Below, one piece after another: positions 8,348 to 18,200 of a stretch of 64,000 nucleotides of DNA. A program made the translations under genes and the position numbers. The stretch's first letter is position 1, and the number at the start of each line of letters is the position of its first letter. The DNA is taken from positions 32,001-96,000 of the forward strand of contig OZ244252.1 of NCBI GenBank assembly GCA_965217185.1. The letters run 5' to 3'. Below the pieces are notes generated by a model, which was given only the letters and a program-made list of their open reading frames with translations, ran no database searches and was not told the origin of the DNA. The DNA is from an uncultured Candidatus Entotheonella sp. (GTDB taxonomy: Bacteria > Tectomicrobia > Entotheonellia > Entotheonellales > Entotheonellaceae).

Positions 8348-10939
8348 ATGTCTTCACCCTTAACATCCCCGGAGTACCCGCGCCCTGCCATGTCGGTTGA
8401 GGCGATGCGCACGCTGCTGATCTGCCGCGGACCCATCGCTTTTGAGACCCTGGAGGTGTATCGCCGGCGAGGCTGGCTGCTACCCCACGTTGTGGTGTCG
8501 TCCAAGGAATGGATCGCCGACGGGCGCTGCGCCGCGCCGTGGATCGCCGACCTGCCGGCCGACCACGTTCACTATGTACAGGAATACGACGACGTTGAGG
8601 CTATCCTGTGCATTGCCGCTCAGCACGGCATTGACGCCATCTATCCGGGCTACGGCTTTCTGGCAGAGCGCGCCGACTTTGCCGCGCGTGTCGAGGCGGC
8701 CGGACTGCGCTTCATCGGCCCAACGGCGGACACCCTGCGCGCCGTCGGCGACAAAGATGCGGCCATCGCGCTGGCCCGACAGTTGGATATTCCCACCATT
8801 CCCGGCGACGACGCGCTGGTCGGTTTTGCGCGTTCTGCGGGCCCGGCCGCCATTGCCGAGGAGACGGTGCGCCGCACGCTCGAAATGGCGGCGCAGTATC
8901 CTGGGTATCCCATTCGCCTCAAGCATCCGGGCGGCGGCGGCGGCAAGGGCCAGCGAGTGCTCAGCGCCGAGGAACTGGATGGTCCGCGGGCGGCCGACGT
9001 CATCCGCGAGGCGCTGGCCAAGGTGTGGTCGGAGATGGGCGTTTCGCCGCCGGAGGCCGACGCGCGCAAGGGCGTGCTGATCGAGCTCAACATCCCGCGC
9101 CCGTTGCACTGGGAGGTGCAGATTTTCGGTGACGGCGAAACCGTCGTTCACTTCGCGGCCCGCGACTGCTCGGTGCAAAATCACGGCTACCAGAAGTTCA
9201 TCGAAATGGCCCTGCACCCGCAGGCCATCGCCCATGAGATACAACACCTCGATCGCAAAGCCGACGCCGCTCGCATCGACAGTCTGTGCCGCCGCCGGCA
9301 AACTCTGGAGCGCATTTGTGCCGATGCTCAACGTTTGGGCCAAGCGGTGCAGTTGCGGGGCGCGGCGACCGTGGAGTTTCTGGTGGATGAGCAGGGCGAG
9401 CCGTACTTTCTCGAAGTCAACCCGCGCATCCAGGTCGAGCACGCCGTCACCGAAGGCATCGCGCGCGTGCGCGATGAGCCAATCAGCCTTGTCGAGATGC
9501 AGCAGCGCGTGGCGGCGGGGGAGCGGCTGGCATTCGACCAGCGGGACATCACCTGCGTCGGCGACGCCATCGAAGTGCGCCTCAACGCTTGGCACGAGGA
9601 TCTCAACCCGGTGCTCGGCGGTGTCGTTCATGCCTTGCGCTGCGACCTGCCGCCCGAGCTCGGCGCCCACGTCCGTATCGACGCCGGCGGCTTGCAGGCG
9701 CGCCGGCAGCCGTGGGTCGTTCCCAGCTATGATGCCAATTTCGCCCTGATTATCGTCCACGGGGCCGACCGCCGCGAAACCCTGGACCGTCTCATCAGCG
9801 TCTTGCAGGACGGCCTGGAGGTGCGCGGGGACGACGCGTTGCAGACCAACCTCCAGCCCATTCTGGGACTCGTGACCCTGATGCGGGCATTGCCTGCCGA
9901 GACCGCCTTCCGCACCGATACCAGCCTCCTGTGGATGGCCCTCACGGCCATCGTTGAGGCACAGAAATCGGCCGTGCTGGCGCGCGTTCCCCGCTACCCG
10001 CGTCGTCCGACGCCGAACCATCCGGCTCTCGTTGCCCGCCTGTTGGGCGCCACGCTGGAAGCCGGCTTCGCCCATCCCAGCCGATTGCTGGCGTTCTACC
10101 TGAAGCGTTTGACGCAGGCGCATCAGCGCCCGCTGACGAACCTCGAGGTGCTCTGGCAACTTGCCGCCGAGCTGGACGTGCCGCTGTTTGAAGAGGAGAG
10201 CCAGCGCGGCCTCGCCCTGCAACGGGCCATGGACGCGCTATGGGAGGCGGTTGATCGTTCCGACAAGCGGCTGAGAGCTCTCATGCGTGCCGCCGTTGCC
10301 GGGCGTCTGCAGGACGAGCCGGTCCACTCGGCATTGCTCGAACAACTCAAGGCGCCGCCCTTGAACCTGCCCTGTGAGAAGGCCATCGCCCTGCTCCAGG
10401 AATTGTTTGGCTGGTTGACCGCCGAGGCCCCGGCCATTACCGGCCTTGTCGAAACCCTTGAGCGCACGCAGATCCACGAGTGCTTGGCGCATAACGCCGA
10501 TCTTTCCCTGTCTCGTCCGGCCTACCTGCAGAACGCCGGTACCGTTGACCATCTGATGCGGCTCCTCAGCCGCAGCTTGCGGCCCACCGTGCTGCGCCAC
10601 GGCGAACTGCTCGCTCCCATGGAAGCCACGATTTACCACTACCCGGAGCCCGGTGCCCCGCCGTTCGTGGAAGTCGGCGCTGAAGTCAAGGTGGGGCAGA
10701 CGCTGGCCCTGCTGGAAGCGATGAAGATGTTTACCGATCTGCCCAGCCCGGTGGACGGCGTGGTGATGGAGGTACGGGTCGAAAACGGCCAAGGGGTGAA
10801 GACGGGCACGCCGTTGTTCCGAATCGCCACCCACGACGCCGTGGCCGAGACCTCGGATGACCACGTTCAAGGGGTGCTCGAAGCGCCGTGGTGCAATCGA
10901 TTCGGCTTGCTGGTGCCCGGCGAAGCGGCGGGGGCGTGA
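8348..10939 (+). CDS. biotin carboxylase-biotin carboxyl carrier fusion (acyl-CoA carboxylase alpha-like)
   Basis: IYPGYGFLAE, GGGGGKG, RDCSVQ, FLEVNPRIQVEH, C-terminal EAMKM. Confidence 0.9.
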   Translation: MSSPLTSPEYPRPAMSVEAMRTLLICRGPIAFETLEVYRRRGWLLPHVVVSSKEWIADGRCAAPWIADLPADHVHYVQEYDDVEAILCIAAQHGIDAIYPGYGFLAERADFAARVEAAGLRFIGPTADTLRAVGDKDAAIALARQLDIPTIPGDDALVGFARSAGPAAIAEETVRRTLEMAAQYPGYPIRLKHPGGGGGKGQRVLSAEELDGPRAADVIREALAKVWSEMGVSPPEADARKGVLIELNIPRPLHWEVQIFGDGETVVHFAARDCSVQNHGYQKFIEMALHPQAIAHEIQHLDRKADAARIDSLCRRRQTLERICADAQRLGQAVQLRGAATVEFLVDEQGEPYFLEVNPRIQVEHAVTEGIARVRDEPISLVEMQQRVAAGERLAFDQRDITCVGDAIEVRLNAWHEDLNPVLGGVVHALRCDLPPELGAHVRIDAGGLQARRQPWVVPSYDANFALIIVHGADRRETLDRLISVLQDGLEVRGDDALQTNLQPILGLVTLMRALPAETAFRTDTSLLWMALTAIVEAQKSAVLARVPRYPRRPTPNHPALVARLLGATLEAGFAHPSRLLAFYLKRLTQAHQRPLTNLEVLWQLAAELDVPLFEEESQRGLALQRAMDALWEAVDRSDKRLRALMRAAVAGRLQDEPVHSALLEQLKAPPLNLPCEKAIALLQELFGWLTAEAPAITGLVETLERTQIHECLAHNADLSLSRPAYLQNAGTVDHLMRLLSRSLRPTVLRHGELLAPMEATIYHYPEPGAPPFVEVGAEVKVGQTLALLEAMKMFTDLPSPVDGVVMEVRVENGQGVKTGTPLFRIATHDAVAETSDDHVQGVLEAPWCNRFGLLVPGEAAGA

Positions 10940-10948
10940 CGGACGGCC

Positions 10949-12286
10949 TCAGTCGGACGTGTCGGAAGCGATGGGGGTCATCTCGCCGTGCGGTTCGGGA
11001 AGGGTGATTTCGAGGCGTTCGATGCGCAAGTGGTCCATGGCGGTGACGTGGAAGGTGACGCCATCGACTCGCACGTATTCGCCCACCGTGGGGATGTGCT
11101 CCAAGGCTGAGAGAACCAAGCCGGCGACGGTGACGTAATCGTCATCGGGCAGGTCCAGGTTGTAGCGTTCGTTGAGTTTCTCGATGGCCAGGTCGCCCGG
11201 CACGCTGAGGTGCCCCTCCGGTGTCGCCTGCATGTTCTCGCTGGCGTCGTCATGCTCGTCAAATATCTCCCCGACTATCTCCTCGATAAGGTCTTCAAGG
11301 GTAATCAGCCCCAGGGTTCCGCCGTATTCGTCGACGACGATGGCCATGTGCGCGTTGCGTTGTTGCAGGACACGCATCAGCTCGTCCACACGCGCCGTGG
11401 GGGGGATGAAGTACGGCTTGCGCATGATGGCGTCGAGGCTGAAAGGCCCGTCGTCGTTGGGGAAGGCCAAGAGGTCCTTGGCGAGTACAACCCCAACGAT
11501 GTGGTCGAGCGCGTCGTCGTAGACCGGCAGCCGCGAGTTGCCGCTGCGGCGCACGACCTCGATCACCTTTTCCAGCGGCCAGGAGCGCTCCACGGCCCAG
11601 ATATCGGTTCGCGGCGTCATGGCCTGCCGTACGCTGGTGTGCGACATGTCAAAAACGCTGGCGATCATACGGGCGTCCGACTCCTCCACCAGACCGTGCC
11701 GGCGGCTTTCCGAAAGCAACAGCAGCAGTTCTTCGGGTGCGTGTACGCGTTCCACGTGACTTGGCGGACGCACTGAGAAGAGTCGCAGGAAGACGCTGGC
11801 GCTCTGGTTCAGGAGCCAGATCGCCGGCCAGAAGGCGTACGTGAACAGCGTCAACGGACGCACGACCCAGCGGCTGATTTGCTCCGGGTGGAGCAGCGCC
11901 AGGGATTTAGGGGCGAGCTCGCCCAGGACGATGTGCAGAAAGGTGATGCAGGCGAAGGCCGCCGTTCCCGCCACCGCGTGTGACGCCAAGCCGGCGAAAG
12001 GGGAGGGTAGGGCATGAAAGGCGTGCATGAGCAGGGTGGCGAGGGTTGCCTTGCCGATCCAGCCCAGCGACAAAGAGGCGAGGGTGATGCCTAGTTGGGT
12101 GGCGGAAATGTAGTCGTCGAGGTGCTGCAAGGCTTTCAGAGCGGCGCGCGCCTTGCCGTCCCCGGCCTCGGCGAGGGTTTGCAGGCGGGTGGCGCGGGCT
12201 CCGACGAGGGCAAATTCCGCTGCTACGAAGAAAGCATTCAGCCCGACAAGTGCCAGAATCGCCCAGATGCGAAACAAGACGTCCAT
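10949..12286 (-). CDS. hemolysin/CNNM family protein (DUF21-CBS-CorC)
   Basis: NAFFVAAEFALV, QLGITLASL, LGELAPKSLA, VVDEYGGT.GLITLEDLIEEIVGEI. Confidence 0.92.
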   Translation of the reverse strand: MDVLFRIWAILALVGLNAFFVAAEFALVGARATRLQTLAEAGDGKARAALKALQHLDDYISATQLGITLASLSLGWIGKATLATLLMHAFHALPSPFAGLASHAVAGTAAFACITFLHIVLGELAPKSLALLHPEQISRWVVRPLTLFTYAFWPAIWLLNQSASVFLRLFSVRPPSHVERVHAPEELLLLLSESRRHGLVEESDARMIASVFDMSHTSVRQAMTPRTDIWAVERSWPLEKVIEVVRRSGNSRLPVYDDALDHIVGVVLAKDLLAFPNDDGPFSLDAIMRKPYFIPPTARVDELMRVLQQRNAHMAIVVDEYGGTLGLITLEDLIEEIVGEIFDEHDDASENMQATPEGHLSVPGDLAIEKLNERYNLDLPDDDYVTVAGLVLSALEHIPTVGEYVRVDGVTFHVTAMDHLRIERLEITLPEPHGEMTPIASDTSD

Positions 12287-12473
12287 GGAGGCCCTTGTAT
12301 GCAAGGGTATCGAACGAGTCCCTACTTACCGAGGCTCGCCCTGCGCCATCGTTCTGGGTGCATTGGTGTCATTATAGCAGCGGGTTCCGGTCAGGAACAA
12401 GTGTGCTACAATCAGCCGCCGTCATCTTCCGACCTTTATTTGAGCCTGTCGTGCACGCTCCGGAGCCAATCTC

Positions 12474-13853
12474 ATGGATGGAACCCCAACGGTCCAGCCG
12501 CGGGAAGTGATACCCCATCGCGCCCTGCCGGTGGAGGCGACCCGCCGCCTGCTGCGCCGTGAGGCATACTCCAATCTGGTGCGATTGCTCGCCAAGCTGC
12601 ACGGCAGCGAGTGCGCCGAAATTCTCCATAACATGACGCTCAGCGAGCAGAGCAAATTGCTGGAGCGCCTGCCCGATATGGCCCTTGCCACCACCATGTT
12701 CACCTACCTCGACGAGGAGACGCGCGCCGCTCTGGTGCCGCATCTGTCTACCGCTCGCCTTGTGGCGATGGTCAAGCTCTTGCCGCCGGACGACGCCACC
12801 GACATCCTCGGCGAGATGCCCCCGGAACGCTTGACGGAAATGCTGCATCATCTGCCCGAAGCGCTGGCTGCCCAGATCGACCGTCTGCTGTCGTATGATC
12901 CGCGCACGGCCGGTGGCCTCATGACCACGCAGTACTTTTCGCTGGAGGACACGTGCACGGTCTCCGAGGCCCTGCAGCATCTCCGCAGGGCGGGGCAGGC
13001 CGAGACGGTGTTTTATGTCTACGTGGTGGATAGCGAGCACCGCCTGGCCGGCGTCGTGTCGCTGCGGCAACTGGTGATGGCTGACCCCGAGAGCCGGCTG
13101 CGCGACCTCATGGAGAGCGAGGTGATTCGCGTTAGCCTGGACGAGCCGCAGGAGGACATCGCGCGCCTGATCACCCGGTTCGATTTCCTTGCCCTGCCGG
13201 TCGTCGACGGCCAGGGCCGCATGATGGGCATCGTAACGGTTGATGACATCATCGACGTCATTGGCGAGGAGGCGACGGAGGACATCCTGCGCCTCGCCGG
13301 TGTTCACCCGGACGAGATGCTCGACAGTTCTTCCCGACGCACCATTCGACACCGCCTGCCGTGGTTGTTCGTGAGCTGGCTCGGCGGCCTGCTCGCCTCA
13401 TACATCATCAACGCCTACGAAGTCACCCTGCAGAGCCTGGTCGTGCTGGCGGTGTTTTTCCCCGTAATCATCGGCATGGGCGGCAACGCTGCCACGCAAT
13501 CGCTGGCTGTGGCCGTCCGCGGCTTGGCCACCGGCGCCATTGATCCGAGCAGGTTTCTCCACGCCTTGTTGCGAGAAAGCCGCGTCGGGTTATCGTTGGG
13601 GGTGATTTATGGTGTGTTGCTGGGGGCGGTGGCGTTCATCTGGCAGGGCACCCCGATGCTGGGGCTGGTGGTGGGCTCGGCGATCTGCGCCTCGATGACG
13701 GTCGCCGCCGTGCTGGGCGGTCTGCTGCCGTTGGCTTTCGCTCGTATTGGCGTCGATCCGGCCGTGGCGAGCGGGCCGTTTCTCACCACCGCCATTGATA
13801 TCATCGGTTTGGTCATGTACCTGTTTGCCGCCCAGTTTTTCTTGCTTGATTGA
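12474..13853 (+). CDS. mgtE: magnesium transporter MgtE
   Basis: TAGGLMTT, CBS pair, GIVTVDDIIDV, RLPWL, MGGNAATQS, DPAVASGPFLTTAID. Confidence 0.95.
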   Translation: MDGTPTVQPREVIPHRALPVEATRRLLRREAYSNLVRLLAKLHGSECAEILHNMTLSEQSKLLERLPDMALATTMFTYLDEETRAALVPHLSTARLVAMVKLLPPDDATDILGEMPPERLTEMLHHLPEALAAQIDRLLSYDPRTAGGLMTTQYFSLEDTCTVSEALQHLRRAGQAETVFYVYVVDSEHRLAGVVSLRQLVMADPESRLRDLMESEVIRVSLDEPQEDIARLITRFDFLALPVVDGQGRMMGIVTVDDIIDVIGEEATEDILRLAGVHPDEMLDSSSRRTIRHRLPWLFVSWLGGLLASYIINAYEVTLQSLVVLAVFFPVIIGMGGNAATQSLAVAVRGLATGAIDPSRFLHALLRESRVGLSLGVIYGVLLGAVAFIWQGTPMLGLVVGSAICASMTVAAVLGGLLPLAFARIGVDPAVASGPFLTTAIDIIGLVMYLFAAQFFLLD

Positions 13854-13854
13854 A

Positions 13855-13907
13855 GAAAAGAAAAAAGCCCTGCTGAGGCGGCGTTCGTACCGCACGAGCA
13901 GGGCTTT
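13855..13907 (-). terminator. intrinsic terminator between convergent genes
   Basis: AAAGCCCTGCT...AGCAGGGCTTT stem with a long A run (U-tract on the minus strand). Confidence 0.65.
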
Positions 13908-13921
13908 GTATCGTCGCAGGT

Positions 13922-14401
13922 TTAGTGAAGGGCGCGCGTGGCGTGCGGCCAACGTTCGGCGATGGCTTCCTGTTGCATCGTCGTCAGCCGGGTCCATTGC
14001 GCTTGCCGGGCTGCATCGGGATTAATGTCGAGGAGCCCGCACAGGACCGCGAAATCCTGTTGGTGAAAGACAAAGGTGGCAGCTTCCCAGAAGCTGTCGT
14101 CCAGGCTGTGCTCCAGGTCGTGTTGGGCGGTACGCAGGACGGCGCCAAGCAGTTGCGCGCAGGCATCGTAAGGAACCGCCTCGCTGGGTACCGAACGGTA
14201 GGCCGTGCAGCTTGTGCAACTCAACCCCATCCAGCCTTGATCGGCAGCGGTGCCCAGACAGGTACTGTAGTGGACGCAGGTGTACTGGGCGTGTCCAACA
14301 CTGCTGGCTTCTGGCTGAGGATTCGGTGTCGGGGTAGCTTCGATGGAGTCGAGACTGACGGCGGCGGGTGTGGGAAACGATGACAGGGATTGTCCGTGCA
14401 T
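13922..14401 (-). CDS. hypothetical Cys-motif protein
   Basis: RBS AAGGAG, own terminator; C-x5-C...C-x2-C. Confidence 0.65.
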   Translation of the reverse strand: MHGQSLSSFPTPAAVSLDSIEATPTPNPQPEASSVGHAQYTCVHYSTCLGTAADQGWMGLSCTSCTAYRSVPSEAVPYDACAQLLGAVLRTAQHDLEHSLDDSFWEAATFVFHQQDFAVLCGLLDINPDAARQAQWTRLTTMQQEAIAERWPHATRALH

Positions 14402-14468
14402 CCCTTGCAACTCCTTAATTTAGCAGCGTTCTATTATCCTGCATGACAGGAGACGACTGCTTTCATAA

Positions 14469-14489
14469 TGTGGATAAAGGTGTGTACAA
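14469..14489 (-). promoter_or_regulatory. two adjacent DnaA-box-like sites
   Basis: TTATCCACA (perfect, 14477-14469) and TTGTACACA (1 mismatch, 14489-14481) in an AT-rich intergenic region. Confidence 0.45.
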
Positions 14490-14518
14490 GTGTCTTGCAA
14501 AGATAGCACACCATGCGG

Positions 14519-15073
14519 CTATCGGCAACGATTTTCGCTCAGGGTAGCGGCGAGCGCGTCCGCATACGCCTCGTATGTTCGGTCGTCGAAAAGGACGAAT
14601 CGGACCATATCCGGCCGGCCATGCAGCCGCAGATAGGTGGCCACGGTGTGCAATGCGATGCGGGCGGCTTGTTGCAATGGGTAGGCATAGGCGCCGGTTG
14701 AAAGCGAAGGGAAGGCGATGCTGGCGCATTGCTGGGCGCCGGCGACTTCGAGACTGCGCCGGTACGCGCTTGCCAGCAAGGATTTCTCCTGATTCTGCCC
14801 GCCTTCCCAAACTGGTCCTACGGTATGAATGACGCATCGTGCCGGCAACTTGCCGGATCCGGTGACGACCGCGTCGCCCGTTGGACAGCCTTGCGGATAG
14901 TGTCGCCGTGTCTCTTCCATGATGCTGGGACCGCCGCCGCGGTGGATGGCGCCGTCCACACCCCCACCTCCGGCGAGCCGACTGTTGGCTGCGTTGACGA
15001 TGGCATCGGTCGCCTGACGGATAATGTCGCCGGTGACCAGTTCCAATTTGCATGCGCCGATGGTTGCCTGCAT
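14519..15073 (-). CDS. macro domain O-acetyl-ADP-ribose deacetylase (YmdB-like)
   Basis: GDI, DAIVNAAN..L.GGGGVDGAIH, HTVGP, AFPSLSTGAY; RBS AGGAGGAG. Confidence 0.92.
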   Translation of the reverse strand: MQATIGACKLELVTGDIIRQATDAIVNAANSRLAGGGGVDGAIHRGGGPSIMEETRRHYPQGCPTGDAVVTGSGKLPARCVIHTVGPVWEGGQNQEKSLLASAYRRSLEVAGAQQCASIAFPSLSTGAYAYPLQQAARIALHTVATYLRLHGRPDMVRFVLFDDRTYEAYADALAATLSENRCR

Positions 15074-15200
15074 CGTTCCGCTCCTCCTGGGTCTGTGGAC
15101 CGCCCTTTTCCTTGTTCCAACCATTTTATCTATCGTAGAATGCCGCCCTTGAGAATGCGAGCGCAGCGTGTTGAATGCCCACCCCAGGAGAAGATGATTC

Positions 15201-18200
15201 ATGCCCTTTCAGGATGTCCCCGCCAAAGTTGATGACTACGCCAAGCAGGAACACGAGGTGCTGCAGTTGTGGAAGGATACCGACGCCTTCCAAACCCTGC
15301 GCACCTTGCATGCCGGGCAGCCGAAATGGTCCTTTCTGGACGGGCCGGTGACGGCCAACAACCCGCTCGGCGTGCATCACGGATGGGGGCGGACGTACAA
15401 GGACGTGTTCAACCGTTTCTGGACCATGCGCGGCCGGGAACTGCGCTACCAGAACGGCTTCGATTGCCAGGGGCTATGGGTCGAGGTGGAGGTGGAGAAG
15501 GAACTGGGCTTCCGGTCCAAGCGCGACATCGAAACCTACGGCCTGGACGCCTTCGTTCGTAAATGCAAGGAGCGGGTGTTGCGGTTTGCCGCCGTGCAGA
15601 CGGAACAATCGATCCGGCTGGGCTATTGGATGGACTGGAACGACCCGGACCGCCTGCGCCAGTTGGCGACCGCCCTCATGGAAAATCCCTCGCAGCGTAT
15701 GACCGTGCAAGGCCCTCGCGGCAAGGTGACGGACACTGCGGAGCAATTGGTGGGGCGCCTCGGCATGCCGGACCTCGGCGGCAGTTACTTCACGTTCTCG
15801 AACGAGAACAACTACATGATCTGGACCTTTCTCAAGCAGTGTTGGCAGCGCGGCTGGCTATACCGCGGTGCCGACGTGATGCCGTGGTGCTCGCGCTGCG
15901 CCACCGGCATCAGCCAGCACGAGATCGTCACCGACGGGTACCAGGAACTCACCCACACCTCCATCACCCTGCGCCTGCCGCTGCGCGGGCGGGAACGGGA
16001 ATCCCTGCTGGTGTGGACCACAACGCCTTGGACGCTGCCCAGCAACGTGGTGGCCGCGGTCGGCCCGAAACTCACCTATGTCAAGGTCAGGCAGGGCGAC
16101 GAGGTGTTCTATCTGTCCAAGGGTACCCTGCACATGCTGCGCGGGGCGTACGAAGTCCTGGGCGAGATGCCGGGCTCGGTGCTTGAAGGCTGGACGTATG
16201 ACGGCCCTTTTGACCACCTGGAGGCGGCCCGCCGGCCTGGTGGCAACGGCGCCCTGCGAGACCTCGCGCAAGACGTGTCGGTGTGCGCCGCCGAGGCGCA
16301 CCGCGTCGTGTTGTGGGACGAGGTGAGCGAGACCGAAGGCACCGGCATCGTGCACATTGCCCCCGGCTGCGGCGCCGAGGACTTCCGGCTGGGCAAGGAG
16401 CACAACCTGCCGATTCTGGCCCCCCTCGATGAGGAAGGATACGTCCTGGCCGGTTTCGGCGATTTCAGCGGCCAGCACGTCTCGGCGCTTCTGGACGGCA
16501 TCCGGCAGACGCTCACCGACTCGGGGCGCCTGTACCACGTCGAGCCGTACACGCACCGTTACCCGACCTGCTGGCGCTGCGCCACCGAGTTGGTCTTTCG
16601 CCTGGTGGACGAGTGGTTCATCAGCATGGACGAATTGCGCCACGCCATGATGGAGGTGACGAAGCAGATCCGCTGGATACCCGCCTTCGGCCTGGACCGC
16701 GAACTCGACTGGCTGCGCAACATGCACGACTGGATGATCAGCAAGAAACGCTACTGGGGCTTGGCGTTGCCATTCTGGGAATGCGCCGCCTGCGGCCATT
16801 ACGAGGTGATTGGCGATGACCGGGAACTCGCGGCGCGGGCGGTGGCGGGTTGGGAGGACTTCGAGGGGCATACTCCCCATCGGCCCTACATCGATGCGGT
16901 CCAGATCGCCTGTTCCAAGTGCGGCGGCCGGATGCAGCGCATCGCCGACGTGGCGAACCCGTGGCTGGATGCCGGCATCGTCAGCTTCAGCACCCTGGGA
17001 TACCGAACCGAGCGCGAGGCGTGGCGCGATTGGTACCCGGCGCACTGGATCAGCGAGTCGTTCCCCGGCCAGTTCCGCAACTGGTTCTACAGCCTGCTGG
17101 CCATGGGCACGGTGCTGGAGAACAGCCCGCCGTTCAAGGAGTGTTTCGGCTACGCTACGCTGATTGCCGAAGACGGGCGGGCCATGCACAAGAGCTGGGG
17201 CAACGCCATCGAGTTCAACGAGGCCGCCGACCACATGGGCGTCGACGTCATGCGTTGGCTGTACTGCGCGCACAAGCCGGAGAACAACCTGCCGTTCGGC
17301 TACCAGCGGGCCGATGAGGTGCGTCGGCAGTTCCTCATCCCGCTGTGGAACATGTACAGCTTCTTCGTCACCTACGCGAATCTCGACGGCTGGGCACCCG
17401 ATCGGGAGGGATTCGAGCCGGGGTGCCCGGAGGGACCGACGCCGCACAGCGACAACATTCTGGATACGTGGATTGTGGCGCGCCTCAACCAGCTCACAGA
17501 GCGCTGCACGGCAAGCCTGCAGGATTCGGACACGCACGCCGCCACCCTGGTCATCGCGGCGTTTCTGGACGACCTGAGCAACTGGTACATCCGCCGTAGC
17601 CGCCGGCGCTATTGGAAAAGCACGCACGACACGGACAAGCATACGGCCTACGCCACGCTCTACCACGTGCTGGTGAAGCTGATCAAGCTTTTGGCGCCGT
17701 TGACGCCGTTCGTTACTGAGGTGATGTACCAGAACCTGGTGCGCGCCATGCAGCCGGCGGCTTACGACAGCGTGCATCACTGTGACTGGCCGGAGGTGGG
17801 CATGGCCGTCGTGGACGCTACGCTGCTGGACCAGATGACCCTGGCCCGGCAGATCACCAGCCTGGGGCTGGGGTCCCGAGGCAGCGCCAACATCAAGGTG
17901 CGCCAGCCCCTGTCGGCGGCGCTGGCTTATGTGCACGAGGGCGAGACCGTGTGGAGCGAGACGTACACGGCGATTGTGTGCGAGGAGTTGAACGTCAAGT
18001 CGCTGCAATTCGTTGAGCAGGAGGCGCAGTTGCTGAGCTACGAGGTGCTTCCCAACAACAAGCTGCTCGGTCCGCGATTGGGAGCCACCCTGGGCCGTGT
18101 GCGCGCGGCGCTGACCCATACCGACGCGGGCGCGGTGGTGCAGCAAGTACAGTCCGGCAATCCCGTGGCGCTGAGCATCGACGGCGAGACGTTCGAGCTT

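Noticed and set aside
14402..14518. Replication origin (oriC)
   Set aside because: Only two DnaA boxes in ~115 bp, and no dnaA/dnaN/gidA context
14519..15073. Macro domain as a DarG antitoxin or defence component
   Set aside because: Stand-alone YmdB-like size and motifs, with no ADP-ribosyltransferase neighbour
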